A stretch of 63,201 nt of DNA, filler included, from Aduncisulcus paluster (lineage: Eukaryota), in the NCBI GenBank assembly GCA_024181965.1. It is 6 parts of 6 records of this genome, joined end to end, with 100 filler letters (N's around TTAATTAATTAA, not from the genome) between each part and the next. Parts side by side here need not be neighbours in the genome. Positions count along the whole stretch, not along the records: positions 1 to 12,869 come from BQXS01009696.1; 5 more parts are not named here. One strand, given 5' to 3'. Position numbers and translations under genes: made by a program. A model generated the notes under the pieces. That model searched no databases, was not told the DNA's origin, and saw only the letters and a program-made list of their open reading frames with translations. Position 1 is the stretch's first letter; the number at the start of each line of letters is the position of its first letter. Shown here piece after piece: positions 1 through 12,314 of the stretch.

Positions 1-309
1 CAGATAATAACTTGATATTTGTCCATATCAGGGAAGTCTTACCTGAGGTGGAGTCTGCCCAAAATGGGTCAAAAATACATTTATTTCAGAATGTTCTGAA
101 GAACTGAAGATTAAATTGCTCAAATATGAGGCAAAACGAGAAAAAAAATTTTTTAAAAAAAATGACGAAAGGAAGAGAATCCAACGGTCGGAAGGAGCTG
201 AGATTCTGAGAACCAAAGCTGGATAAAAAAATAAAAAAAAATTACATAAATAAAACATAAAATAACGGAAGAACATGGGACAGTGAATGATATCAACGTT
301 GCTAATGGA

Positions 310-1002
310 TTATGGAAATTCGAGAGTCATTTGAAGAGAAGAATGAGAGAACTGGGAAGAAAGGCTAGAAAATTGTGATTCCCGTGAAAGAGAAGGGTGA
401 GAAGAAGAAGATCCATATTGAATTGGCTGTGGAGGGAAACACGGGTGTCTAATTGCAGGTGGTGCTTGTGATATTGATGGAATTGAAGGAGTGGAAGGTT
501 GATAGCTTCGAGAAACAGAATATGACGGAATGAGGGGAGGAGGAGAGGAGTATTCCGCTCGAAGATATCGGTTGACTTTTAGATGATCGCCAAGATTTTG
601 TAAAATCTCCATTTGTCCTTCAATAGGAAGTTCCAATATTCTTTTGAAAACAAATTGCATTGAATGAGATGATAGATACGATTGAAATTGTGGATTTGAC
701 AAATCTGAATGAGTTTTTGATTCTAATAAAACTGGCTTAGACGTATGATGAGATTTTTTACGATGTTGAATCTTATAGAGTGGATGTTTGGCGGGTTCTG
801 CGCGAATAATCTTTCCTTTCAGTGAAGAACGATCTATATAGCGAATAGCCTTGGCCTCTTGAAATTCATCGGAATATTCGACAAAACAGAAGGCACTTCC
901 TTCTTTTTTGGAAATACGAATTATTGTTCCACCGAAAGATTGACAGTGAGCAAAAACTTCCTTTTCACAGACATCTGGCAGACCGTGAAGAAATATAACC
1001 AT
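310..1002 (-). CDS. RRM-domain RNA-binding protein with Ser/Pro-rich C-terminus
   Basis: RNP2-like IFLHGL and RNP1-like SAFCFVEY motifs. First ATG at 1002 (the ORF track starts at a TTG at 1011). Confidence 0.8.
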   Translation of the reverse strand: MVIFLHGLPDVCEKEVFAHCQSFGGTIIRISKKEGSAFCFVEYSDEFQEAKAIRYIDRSSLKGKIIRAEPAKHPLYKIQHRKKSHHTSKPVLLESKTHSDLSNPQFQSYLSSHSMQFVFKRILELPIEGQMEILQNLGDHLKVNRYLRAEYSSPPPLIPSYSVSRSYQPSTPSIPSISQAPPAIRHPCFPPQPIQYGSSSSHPSLSRESQFSSLSSQFSHSSLQMTLEFP

Positions 1003-1208
1003 ATGAAACAAAAAAAATAAATAAATAGTTTAATGAAAACCGAAAAGACTCGGTTGAAAAGAGTCTTTGAATTGGCAAAACGGGACCGTCATCGCCCGTT
1101 TGATCTTTAAACACCTCAAGAAAATGAATTTAATTCTGATACATGGATAATTGAATATTTTTTGATCTCAATTGTATTTTGGGTGGATTATTTCATTTTT
1201 TTTTCCGT

Positions 1209-2582
1209 TTATTTGCCCTTCTTTTTCTTGCCAGTTCTTCTTCTACTTTCATTCGGATTCTTTTTCAGGAAATAGGGAGTGCTAAATTCACCACTACCAC
1301 TGCTAACGCCTGAAACATCCTTTAAAAAGAAGGAAGCAGCAACCTCTTGTTGTTCTTGAACATCGATTCCTTTGGCTTTGGCTTTGTGCATTCTTGCAAT
1401 TCTTTTCCTTTCAGCTTCTCGAAATTCACTTCCAGTGTCTTCACTTAATCTTATTTTTGGAGCATGGCGATCTACTCCCTTTTTATGGGCCTGTGGATCA
1501 GGGAGACTGAATTTCTTCCCACGGGTTGATGGATCGAATCTTATAATTCCTATATGCTCAGTCCCATCAGCATTGATCGTAACTGGAACTCTAGTCATGG
1601 AATCATGCCCACACTCCGGGCAGAACCTTCTGGCACCACCTCTCCATGGAGTGTTGCATGCATGGCAACGATAGGCATATTTTCGAAGGGTGGATATACG
1701 GTGAGAATTGGGAGAAAAGGTCGGAATCCCCATCTGGAGCATCACATTTTGCATGGCATAATCTCCAGTCATAACAGAAACAAGAGGAAGGGACTTGATT
1801 GGTGGAATATCTTGTGGTTGACTCAGAATAGGATTGGGTGAGGGAGATAGTTTGGTATCTTCTTCTTTTTTATGGGTCGATTCTGTGGAATCTCCTTCTA
1901 GAATCGTTTCTCCCTTCTCTTTCTCAGAAATTAGAGCATGATCAGGAACAGAGGGTCCTGAAGTCTTTTTCCCATCCAATTCTGAATCTTTATCTTTTAA
2001 ACTATACAAAGCAGAAATGTTATCATTTGTAATCCATATATCTTCATCTGGTCTGACAGAAAATGTTTTTTCACGACGCCGACTTGATTTTTTGCTTTTA
2101 ACAATGCCCCAACCATCATCCTTCTCCTCTTCAGTGAGTTTAAGATCTGATGCATCTTCTTCTTTATCTTTTTGAGGAGGGCTCTCTCCACGCCTCTTTC
2201 TTCCACGATTCTTTTTCTTCTTTGGCTTGGCTTCTTCAGGCTTTGTACGTAAATGACTGACGGTCCCTTTAAGTTTTTTCTCAAGCATGTAACCAAGTGC
2301 AAGAACACCCAAATCAGTATCGCTGAGAACTCCAGCTTCACCACAGAGTTTAGAAAATTCTAGAATAGCATCCATTGATTCTTTGTCAGGAGAAAGAACT
2401 TCAATGTTAATCATTCCAGAATGAAGGGCTTCTCGGGCCTTTTTGTCTTTAACTTCCTTCACAACTGCAGGAGTAACATAAAAGTAGTTACTCAATGGAA
2501 ATAAAGAGACAAAATTAATAAAAGCTCCAGTATCAAGAACTAAATGTTCAGTTATCTGACCTGACTTCTTTGGAGGGTCCAT
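1209..2582 (-). CDS. NOB1: 20S pre-rRNA D-site endonuclease NOB1
   Basis: PIN domain (LVLDTGAFI..VVKEVKD..LSDTDL), WIT and TGDYAMQNVMLQMG motifs, Zn ribbon RCHAC...FCPECG. First ATG at 2582. Confidence 0.93.
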   Translation of the reverse strand: MDPPKKSGQITEHLVLDTGAFINFVSLFPLSNYFYVTPAVVKEVKDKKAREALHSGMINIEVLSPDKESMDAILEFSKLCGEAGVLSDTDLGVLALGYMLEKKLKGTVSHLRTKPEEAKPKKKKNRGRKRRGESPPQKDKEEDASDLKLTEEEKDDGWGIVKSKKSSRRREKTFSVRPDEDIWITNDNISALYSLKDKDSELDGKKTSGPSVPDHALISEKEKGETILEGDSTESTHKKEEDTKLSPSPNPILSQPQDIPPIKSLPLVSVMTGDYAMQNVMLQMGIPTFSPNSHRISTLRKYAYRCHACNTPWRGGARRFCPECGHDSMTRVPVTINADGTEHIGIIRFDPSTRGKKFSLPDPQAHKKGVDRHAPKIRLSEDTGSEFREAERKRIARMHKAKAKGIDVQEQQEVAASFFLKDVSGVSSGSGEFSTPYFLKKNPNESRRRTGKKKKGK

Positions 2583-2925
2583 ATTTCGAACAATATCACT
2601 GATTTTTGTCTGAGTTCCAACTGCAAGCAAAAAACGAGATATCTAATATAATAATTAGACATAAAGTTTCCTTAAAATTATGATATTTATTTTATTCTCT
2701 GAATAAGGCTTCGATTCCAACAACAATGCCAGTGATGATCTCTTGATGATCCGATCTAATAGATCTTGTACGTTCTTCAATAAACAAAGAAAAAGACGAT
2801 GTGGAAATTATATTTAATTTCTGTTTTCTTTTGTTTTTGAAAGTTTCAAAACGTTTTTCAAGAATGTCTCTTTTCTCTGTATCTTAATATTTTCAACACG
2901 ATTAATTATTGGTTAATCACATCTA

Positions 2926-5900
2926 ATGAAACTTAAGAATGTATTAGAACAATTAAAACGACGCTCTATATCTTCTCCTTCTGCCATCGCTCTGTTTTCA
3001 GAATCAAGACAACCATTAAGAGTTAATGAGGATTTAGACAAAGCGCCATGTATGCAAGATCGTACTATTCACTGCTTATATCATCGAATTACTGTTAAAT
3101 ATTTATGGGAAGAAATAGAAGTATTGTCATCTGGTTTGTCGAGTTTAGGCCTATCTCCTGGGAGAAAATTTGCTGTTATATCTCCTATTTGTGAAGGTGC
3201 TTTAATATTTGCGCTTGCAGCCTCTCATATTGGGAGTGATGTTAATTTTATTGATCCAAGAGATGGACCTGCTATAATATCTTCTGTTCTTTCGTCTTTT
3301 TCGCCATCTATTCTTTTAATTCATAAAGAATTGGTTCCTGTTGTTATTAAGGCTCTTAATTTTACAGAACCCATGTCGATTCCATCATTAAGAGTGTGTG
3401 TTGTATTTGATGAAGAAAGGAAGGATTGGAGGGATTTTTCTCGCTCGGTTGGATCCAGTTTTATTCAATTTGACAAGCGTTCAGAGTCTGTTCCATATAA
3501 AAAACCTTCCATGAAAGCTTCCAAATCTATGTCCATATTACTTTCTCCCAAGCATGTATCTGGGGATAAATTATGCGATTTGTCCCATAAAAGTTCATTA
3601 CACCTCAGTGTGAAACCTTCATCTCAAAGATTTATGAATGATGATCTTGCGAACCCCCCTTCTTCTTCCAGACTTCTTGAGATCCTTAGAGGATGTATTT
3701 CCCGATCAAGTGGGACATCTACTGTTCGTAGAGCTTCTGTTGTTGAGCATTACTCTCATTCTCCCACAAAGACCTCCGTTTCTCCTGATACTCTTCCATT
3801 CACACATTCTCCGCATTCTCCTTCCTCGGAATCTGGATATGGGCACGATTGTATATGTATTAGTCCAGAGGTTCGAAGGCTTGGACAGGAAAAACAGAAA
3901 CGAGATAGTAGTCAAGTGATGATGAAAATTTTAGAGAAGAAATTATTGCATCCTTCAAAGCTGCACTCCAGTATGAATTCCTCGAAGCATTCTGGGCCAA
4001 CCATTCGATTTAATGGTTCACATATTCTGAATGACGATGATGATTCAATACTCTTTTCTAAAAAACGGGATAAGCATGATATTTCCACAGGTCATGATGT
4101 ATCTCCGATGATGGTTGACGATCTATCTGGAAGCTCTCTGGGAACCAAAACTTCCCATAAAGGAATTAAAGACAGTCAAGGAATGCCGTCTCATCGAATG
4201 ACCGATTCATCTCAACATGACCTGGACCAATCAATGAGATCAATTGAAGATCTCTCCACCCCATCACCACCGTCCCCATTCGTGTGTGGAGCAGCAGTAT
4301 GGGGTGGAGAAGAAGAGAGGGAGGAACGTGCTAGGGTTGGACGAGAGAAAGAGTCCAAACAACACTATTCTCTTTCTATAATGAAGGAATCTTCTGCCAC
4401 TCCGTCTATTGTTAAGGATGCATCTGATATCTTCTCTCCATCGCATGGAATTATTATGATTGGAAGTGAATCTGAGGAATATATCGAGGTTATCGGGGGG
4501 GCAAGCCCTGATCCTGAGGGATTCAATTATCACGGGCAGGTTCACCATGACTCTCCTGAGGTAGAAGAAGATATTGAGGACGACGATTCATTTTATTTCT
4601 CTGCTTCTGCATCATGTCCGCTTGCCACCCCCTTTTCATCTCCTCCTCCGNNNNNNNNNNNNNNNNNNNNAAGAAGAGAGGGAGGAACGTGCTAGGGTTG
4701 GACGAGAGAAAGAGTCCAAACAACACTATTCTCTTTCTATAATGAAGGAATCTTCTGCCACTCCGTCTATTGTTAAGGATGCATCTGATATCTTCTCTCC
4801 ATCGCATGGAATTATTATGATTGGAAGTGAATCTTAGGAATATATCGAGGTTATCGGGGGGGCAAGCCCTGATCCTGAGGGATTCAATTATCACGGGCAG
4901 GTTCACCATGACTCTCCTGAGGTAGAAGAAGATATTGAGGACGACGATTCATTTTATTTCTCTGCTTCTGCATCATGTCCGCTTGCCACCCCCTTTTCAT
5001 CTCCTCCTCCGCCCTTGTCATTGCCTCCATCCACTTCCCTCCTTGTGATCTCTTCGCCGCATTTTACAGTCATGGCTCGATCTCTTCTACTGAATTGTCT
5101 GTTCCATGGGATATGTTTCGTCTGTGTTTGTCAGACTCGTCACGAGATCGATAAACGTGATTCTATGCCCACTGCTCGTTTGGAGCATTCTGATGATATC
5201 GTTCGATGCGTTGCGCAATGTATGGATTCTTTGCGCAAAACTAAACGTGAGGATGTCCTCATCAGAGATGTATCTGTGTGTGTTGAACGCGAGGTTGCTC
5301 TTCCATTGTGCGAAAGCATTAATAAGATTATGGCACATCCAACTGGAATTAGGAAGTTTCTCAAGAATTGTGGGAACAAATTGGATAGATTCAATGTTCT
5401 TCCGGCATTGTCAAGGAAACTTAAGAGCTTTTGCCCGACATTGATATCACCCATTCGTTATATTATTGTTAATGAGCGTCGTCGGGAAGAGAGGGGGCAA
5501 TATGAAGAGGAGATGGAGGAAAAGAGGAATTTAGAGATTGCAAGAAAGAACCGGCTTTGGAGGAAAAAGCATCAATCGGATAAAGATGGACATTCGGATG
5601 GCTGGTATATTGATGAAGGCGTAATCGATTTGTTGGATCCAAGATTTGTCACAAATATGTTTTATCCTGTCTCAAAGAGCGTGATCATGACCTCATTTGA
5701 TAAGCGTGAGTTTCCTCCATGTGGCTCTGAGTCTCTTCAACAAGATGGGATTGATCAATCTTCCTCATCCCCAAATCTTACAATTAAACAAATACTTCCT
5801 ATTCCTCCCAATATTTCGATTCTTTTCCATCCATCTCCCTGTTTACCACTTTCAATGCTCTATTTTCATTACTCTTCTTTCTCACATGAGTCAATGTCTA

Positions 5901-6688
5901 TCAGACACTTAATATGGCGAGAAGTGCAACGAGAAGGTTTCGGAGGGCATAAAATGAAATTAACTGAACGAAATGATATTATGATTCGTCCTTCGAGTTC
6001 TTCTAGTTACAACTGGGATACTTTATTCAACACTGCCGGACAAGCCGATCCATCGATTACTTTCCCTCATAGTGTATCATATTCAGGGTCATCTTCATCC
6101 CAACTCTCTTCGTATGTGGCTAACTCAGTGTCTTCTCTAGAGGGTAGAGATGGTAAAGATACCATAAAGACGGCAAATCCTTCATTTCTGCCACCAATAT
6201 CTCTCTCTTCAAAGTTTGGTCTTTGTGCAGTGGTGTCTGTTCCGTTAGAGTTCTATGTTTCTATGTGTGGAAAAGAGGGAGAAGAGGAAGAAGGAGAGAA
6301 GGAAGAATGTGATGAAGAGGAAAAGGAAGAAGAAGGAGAGGAAGATCAATCGGATGGAAAGAAGAGTCCAGAATTGATTGAAGGACAGCTTACTCCTAAA
6401 CTATCTGATGAAGAATATGAAAAATCCGATGAAAAAGAAGATTTTCTTGAAAAATGTGATCTTTCTGAGAAATGTGGTGAATTAAAATTAAATACTGAGG
6501 ATGGGGAAACAATCATGAATGATGAGTTCGTAGATAAAGAGGCTTCTCTCGATGTTGGCTCTGAAAAACATTCCCACGCTGAATTTGAAATGTATGTCCT
6601 TTGTGTTTTGTGCTCTTGGGCTGAAGAAAAAGGGTTTGGAGAATGGATGAAACCCAAAGAAGTTGAATTGGTTATTGAAAGAGAATAA
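2926..6688 (+). CDS. Large protein with degenerate AMP-binding (acyl-CoA synthetase-like) N-terminus; split by an assembly gap
   Basis: N-terminal LSSGLSSLGLSPGRKFAVISP...AASHIG...IDPR resembles ANL-family starts. 4310-4650 is repeated at 4671-5011; removing one copy joins ORFs 2926 and 5015 in frame (..SPPP-PLSLPP..). Confidence 0.7.
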
Positions 6689-6859
6689 CTTATTTATTTG
6701 GATATATATAAATATATTAAGCATATACATCTCCTTTTAAAATGAATTTTTTGTGTTGATAATAAATATTCTATTTATATTCAAAGTTATAAGAATGGCG
6801 GAATTTCCTTTGTTTTGAAGGAACTTCGCTCATGGAGAGTTCTTTTTGTACCCGAATAG

Positions 6860-9800
6860 ATGTTATTAGGAAGGAATATCAATTCTAAAAAATTACTTTC
6901 CCTTATTGATTCTGATTCATTGGAAGAACAAAATGAATTGTCCATTTCCGAATTAGAGACTAGCTTGGCTGAGCTGTGGAAAAAAAAGCAAGCTCCTGAA
7001 AATCAAATTGTTATTTTAAAGGAGATTACGGAATTCATTTATAAATTTCCCGAAGATATTCATCATGTTTTTCGTGAATTGTTCTCTTCAATTATCCTGG
7101 GATTACAATCTATTAATCATGCAATTTCAGTTAAAAAATCAAGTGGTAAAGGAATTTTAAATGATATTTGTGACATTTTCCACATTCTCGTGAAATTATT
7201 CTTAGCTCTTTATTCAAGATATAATTTGACATTTTATCAAGAAATACAATTGAAAGATACTTCTATTCGAAAAGATGAAGGAAAACTGAAGGATAATGAT
7301 ACCTTCTCAGATGTTTCTCGCCAATATGAGATTATCCTACTTTTTCTTCAATCGAGTGAATTAATTCTACGGTCTTTTGCAGATTTAAATCCCTCCATTG
7401 ATGATTCATTACGGGAATTTGAGGAAAAAGATGATCAAAATGATGATTTTTTTCTTCAGGCTCCTGAAGAACTCTCCTCTCATCGAATTACTGATGTTAT
7501 GTCAAACATTAATTCCATTTTTTGTGATTTTGAGATTCCACGGTTCCATCAGATTGCTTCAGCTTCATCCATACGGTCTGATCTATTTGAATCTATCTCA
7601 ACTATCATTTCGATAACATTTTCACTGTTTTCTTCCATTTCAATCTCTATTCCTCCATATTATAAGGATAAAAAGGTAAGAAAATTGAAGAAAAGGGTTG
7701 ATGGTCGAAGCAGGAGTGGTCTTTATCTCCCATTTTCCGAAGAAACTATTTCTTCGTGGAGACACCTCGAAGATGAGAATATACCTGACTTTGATGATAT
7801 TATCGGCAATATCTTATCCCTTTTAACTCAGCCTGTGTCATTTTTGCTTTTTTCTGTCGTACATCGCCTCATTCTCTTTTGTTTCTCTCTGGGCAGCTCC
7901 CCCACTTATCTATTGGGTTCGAAGCATTCAATCGTATCAATTACGCCGAATATTAGCAGAGTAATCCTTATTCTTGGAAATTCAAGACTTCTGAATTACG
8001 ATTGGACAGTTTTATTGAAGTCTAAGTCGAAAGAAAAGAAACTGTATAGTGCATTCATGTCTCAAAAGGAACTAAAACGAAGCCTATTCATTTCTAGGGG
8101 TTCCATTTTCTTGTCATCACCAATGTTCCTTGTATTGTCGGTTGTTGAAGCGATTAGCTCGCTGGAATCGTTTCAATTCTCAGAAATGGTTTGCAATTTT
8201 ATTATTCATGCGATTTCACAGTATTGTTTCAGCAATATTGATGCTATTCACTCTCTGGCCAAACAAAAAGGAAAGAAGTCGATATATTTACCATGTGTAT
8301 CTCCAATATTTCTTGATTTTATGTCTTTTCTTGTGGCTATTATGGATATTTTTGGGAAATTATTTTCAGAATTTGTCGATCAAAAATATCAAAATGTGGA
8401 TATTCCTTCGTTTTCCTTGAGATATTTATATTCTTCGACATATTCCCTTTTGTCTCATCTTTCCCAAGGATTTGGACAAGTATTATATGAAATATTGTTT
8501 CACGGAGATTATTCCCTCACGTTCTCTCACAAAAGGAGATTGGTTGGATTAGTACTACATTTGCATTGTTTATGTATTCATAACCTGTCGTTATGTTTCA
8601 AAAACAATGTTAACATTTCAATTGGAAATGAAGAAGAGGAGGAAGAGGAGGAAGGGGAAGAAGAGCAACATAGGGCCATAGAATCTAACAATAAGTCTCA
8701 GCAAACCCAGAGCTCTCTGTCTCTCTCTGAGCTTTTTTCCTTCCTCTCTTTCTCTATTCAATCTCTTGAAACGTGTCTTGATCATGTGCTGGCTTCTTCC
8801 ATCCAATTTCGGAAAGATTCTCTGGGGATATGTGCCTGCCTTGGAGGAATCATTGAATCATTGTGCTGTACTTCCATGAGGGATGTCCAAGGTAAATCTT
8901 CGAGGTATTTTGGTACATTCTTGAAATATCATGAAAATTCCCAGTTGTCACTATCTATGATATCAATGTATGCTTTCTCTGGGATCATGCAATACCTTTC
9001 CATTGGTTCTTTACAAACACTTAATGCATGTGACCTTGATGTTACTTTCCCTTCCAAATCTCTTATCAGTCTCTTGGGCCCTGTGATTTCACACCTCAAT
9101 GCTTATTTTCGTGGTTGTGGCATTGCACCTCTTTCTCCTTCTATAACTTGGGATGAATTGTGCAGGATGTTGAACAATGACATCTCCCAAATATTGGGCT
9201 GGGAGAAAGACTATAAATCACCTCTCGATGGAACCCTTTCAAAGGAATCTTATGGTGAATATCTCACACAAAACGAACTTTCTTCAAGATCTATCCTATT
9301 GATTTCTTCATGGGCAAGCCAATTATTACATGGAGACAAACATAAATCTGTGGTATCATCTAGAAATATGGGTAATATTGGTGATTTAAATCATATAAAG
9401 CATATTTTGACCTGTCTTATAATTTGTGTTGATTTTACTTTGAAATCTTCTGAAAATCCTTCCGGATCGATTTCAAAGGAGAAAATTCGGGAAGTAATTT
9501 CATCATTTGGGTCTTCTTCCTTATCTCTTCCCTCTTGTGTTAATTTGAAGGAACTGATTAGTTCCTCACATTCTTGCCTTTTGAAGGAGTCTTCTTTTGA
9601 CATTTCTTTGATATTTCCACCAAATATAACGCACTACTTCCTTGTCAAGGTGATTGTTTCCCTTTCATGGGCAATGTATTATCAAATCGTCTCCAATTCT
9701 CCTGTTTCTCGTTCAATACAAATTCTTGATGATTTGTCTCGACGCGTACCTTCAAAGTCAAAGCATTTCTCAAATGGATTGTTTGCTTCATTTGGTAATC

Positions 9801-12289
9801 AGATTCTTCCATTTCATCTTCCCTCTCTTCCTCTTCTCTCTCCATGCCCTTCTATCTCCTCCTTTCTCACTCCTCTTTCTTTCAACAGTTCTCCTGGGGG
9901 AATCTCTATCTCGTCTGGGCCTGTTATTCATATGCTCAACCATCTTTCGGATTATATCATGTGTGATGATAGTGAAGAACATTCCATCACATTTGCCATG
10001 ACATTGAATCAAATATTATCGTTGCACAATAGAGAATCTCCAAGAGATATATTTATCGTATCAATGTCCCTCTCTCTGATTGAGTGTATCAAACAACTGA
10101 ATGAAGCCTATCATATGTCCCCTGCCTTGTTCTATTCATTCTCTCAGGTGTCGTATCTTCACGCATTGGCATCTTCAAAACATGAGGGGATAGCAAAGGG
10201 AAACGGGAAAGAAGAGGAGGAAACGAAAGGAGGAAAGAATGATATCCTATGTCAGTGGGATTTTAGTAATCATCCTCTAAAATGTATCCAATTCTTGAAT
10301 CAATCTCATTTCCATGCCCTGGTTCATTTCTCTTTGTTACCACATTATATTCCTCTTGCTTTCTTGTTAATTCATGCAAGATCTTCGTCACTTGCCCCCT
10401 CTCGACGTTTAATGTCATGTGTGATTGATATCCTTATTAAAACTATTGTTCCTGTTACTTCTATGGTTTCTTCGGGTGTTTCACAATGGAAACAAGCATC
10501 AAGCGCCTCTTGGAAAACAGATCGCACATCAGTTGATTCGGATCTTCCTTATTTTCTGGAAGACGAAGGAAAAGTTATTCACATCAAGGAAAGCGACATT
10601 ATGAAATATCATTTCTTCTTGCCTTCTTTGTCGTCATTCATCTCTATTTCCTCCAATCTTCTTGAATCTTGTTCAGACAATCTCTTTTCCCTCGCTTTAT
10701 TGGCTCTCTCTTTCCAGCTAACCGATCATCTGCTCCCAACCCTCTCCTTGGCTTGTTCTTCTATACTTTCCTCTGTCATTTATGCGATTTCTATACGCGA
10801 CTGGGATTGGATTGTCAGAACAAAGAGCTATTGTTGTGCTCTTCTGACAACTATTGCTCTATGTGTTCGAATAAGACTGGGAAAACGAAAGAATTTCTTT
10901 CTTTCTAAAGCACAGGCTGGCTGTGGTGAGCAATTCTCAAGAGAGAGGGGAGCTATTCAAGCAAGATGTTTCCCTTGTTTTTGGTCTGAAAAGGTGTATC
11001 AAATCGTTTGCAAAGCTTTTATTTTTTCAAATTCACCAGAAATTGCTTATTCTCTTTCTCTTCTTCATTATTCTCTCGACCCTCCATCTCCTCTCTCTTT
11101 TCGAGGTGCAGCTCTATCGAATTCTATTTCCCAAGCTCTTCTGAGTATCATGAAATTGAGTTCTGGGTCAGAATTTGACTTGGAGATAAGAAAGGATATG
11201 AAATTATCTTCCGATTGTCTTTCTCAAATGTCTATTTTGGGAATATTTCACTCTCAGGTATGTGCATTTGTGTGGGAATGTTCCAATGTTGAACTGGTCG
11301 TGCTCAGAAATGTTCAACACTTCTTGAAGGGGAAATGCTTGCCTGGCTCCTCTTCTTCTCAACCTATTGATCCCTCGGGTATCTCCAAGGATGGCTCAAA
11401 AAAAGAAGGAAAGAATCAGTCGAGAGATATTATGGATGCTGATAGTGAGAGGATTGTCAGGTTAACTATTAAGGATGTGACCATGGCTTCTCCTCTCTTT
11501 TCTATCGTTTTAAAAGGTCTTCCGAGATGTGTTCACATTGCGTCTTCAACCAATGGTATATTTTCTCAAAAAGCATTCAATATATTGTACACTCTGTTAT
11601 CAAGCTCTGCGAGGCATATATTCGAAAAAAACATTCAAATAGAAATCGAATCGTTCCTTCTTCATGAGAGATTCCATGGGAAAATAGATAGATCAAACTC
11701 TTTTCTTTGTTTTTCTCCCAATATGCTTATTTTATTGTTGATATGCATGGAGATATGCCCTCGAAAAGAGACTATTGTGACCATTCACACTGCAATGAGG
11801 ATTTTTGTGGAGAAATTACTCTGTAATGTCGAGGAAAGTGAAGAAATTCAACCAAAAATGGATGAATATTGCCGAATGTTTGGGTTATTTTTCTATAAAT
11901 CCTTTATTTCTCTCAACCATCACATATTCTTGCTCCTCTTTTCTGTGATATGTATCCTTAATGATATGGCTCCTTATGTTTCTTCTCTCTTACGAACTCT
12001 TTCGAGTACTAAAACACTGTCTTATCGTGAAGGAATTGTCATTGGGACAATCAGGGAATTTGATGTGTCAAGATCACACGAACAACACACCGAAGAAGAA
12101 TTACAAGACATGTCTCCAGATCTGCTTCAGAATCCATTTGTTAGACATCAGATTTCTGATACGTTGTTAGCTTCTGTGATAAAAACTATCTGCGTTGGAT
12201 TTAATGTTAATCCAAAGAAGATACTGAAATCTCTGCACTTGCGAAAAGATCGACCGAGAGTATGGAAAGAGGTTGGGAAAATATTATAG
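6860..12289 (+). CDS. Hypothetical 1809-aa Leu/Ser-rich, probably helical-repeat protein
   Basis: Uninterrupted 5.4-kb ORF; no motif recognised. Confidence 0.8.
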   Translation: MLLGRNINSKKLLSLIDSDSLEEQNELSISELETSLAELWKKKQAPENQIVILKEITEFIYKFPEDIHHVFRELFSSIILGLQSINHAISVKKSSGKGILNDICDIFHILVKLFLALYSRYNLTFYQEIQLKDTSIRKDEGKLKDNDTFSDVSRQYEIILLFLQSSELILRSFADLNPSIDDSLREFEEKDDQNDDFFLQAPEELSSHRITDVMSNINSIFCDFEIPRFHQIASASSIRSDLFESISTIISITFSLFSSISISIPPYYKDKKVRKLKKRVDGRSRSGLYLPFSEETISSWRHLEDENIPDFDDIIGNILSLLTQPVSFLLFSVVHRLILFCFSLGSSPTYLLGSKHSIVSITPNISRVILILGNSRLLNYDWTVLLKSKSKEKKLYSAFMSQKELKRSLFISRGSIFLSSPMFLVLSVVEAISSLESFQFSEMVCNFIIHAISQYCFSNIDAIHSLAKQKGKKSIYLPCVSPIFLDFMSFLVAIMDIFGKLFSEFVDQKYQNVDIPSFSLRYLYSSTYSLLSHLSQGFGQVLYEILFHGDYSLTFSHKRRLVGLVLHLHCLCIHNLSLCFKNNVNISIGNEEEEEEEEGEEEQHRAIESNNKSQQTQSSLSLSELFSFLSFSIQSLETCLDHVLASSIQFRKDSLGICACLGGIIESLCCTSMRDVQGKSSRYFGTFLKYHENSQLSLSMISMYAFSGIMQYLSIGSLQTLNACDLDVTFPSKSLISLLGPVISHLNAYFRGCGIAPLSPSITWDELCRMLNNDISQILGWEKDYKSPLDGTLSKESYGEYLTQNELSSRSILLISSWASQLLHGDKHKSVVSSRNMGNIGDLNHIKHILTCLIICVDFTLKSSENPSGSISKEKIREVISSFGSSSLSLPSCVNLKELISSSHSCLLKESSFDISLIFPPNITHYFLVKVIVSLSWAMYYQIVSNSPVSRSIQILDDLSRRVPSKSKHFSNGLFASFGNQILPFHLPSLPLLSPCPSISSFLTPLSFNSSPGGISISSGPVIHMLNHLSDYIMCDDSEEHSITFAMTLNQILSLHNRESPRDIFIVSMSLSLIECIKQLNEAYHMSPALFYSFSQVSYLHALASSKHEGIAKGNGKEEEETKGGKNDILCQWDFSNHPLKCIQFLNQSHFHALVHFSLLPHYIPLAFLLIHARSSSLAPSRRLMSCVIDILIKTIVPVTSMVSSGVSQWKQASSASWKTDRTSVDSDLPYFLEDEGKVIHIKESDIMKYHFFLPSLSSFISISSNLLESCSDNLFSLALLALSFQLTDHLLPTLSLACSSILSSVIYAISIRDWDWIVRTKSYCCALLTTIALCVRIRLGKRKNFFLSKAQAGCGEQFSRERGAIQARCFPCFWSEKVYQIVCKAFIFSNSPEIAYSLSLLHYSLDPPSPLSFRGAALSNSISQALLSIMKLSSGSEFDLEIRKDMKLSSDCLSQMSILGIFHSQVCAFVWECSNVELVVLRNVQHFLKGKCLPGSSSSQPIDPSGISKDGSKKEGKNQSRDIMDADSERIVRLTIKDVTMASPLFSIVLKGLPRCVHIASSTNGIFSQKAFNILYTLLSSSARHIFEKNIQIEIESFLLHERFHGKIDRSNSFLCFSPNMLILLLICMEICPRKETIVTIHTAMRIFVEKLLCNVEESEEIQPKMDEYCRMFGLFFYKSFISLNHHIFLLLFSVICILNDMAPYVSSLLRTLSSTKTLSYREGIVIGTIREFDVSRSHEQHTEEELQDMSPDLLQNPFVRHQISDTLLASVIKTICVGFNVNPKKILKSLHLRKDRPRVWKEVGKIL

Positions 12290-12314
12290 ATGGCTATATA
12301 AAACAAATATTGGT

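Noticed and set aside
11-226. Plus-strand frame with TGA-GGT at 44-49 followed by an open Lys/Glu-rich stretch
   Set aside because: No start codon, stops just upstream and no recognisable family; context is cut by the window edge.
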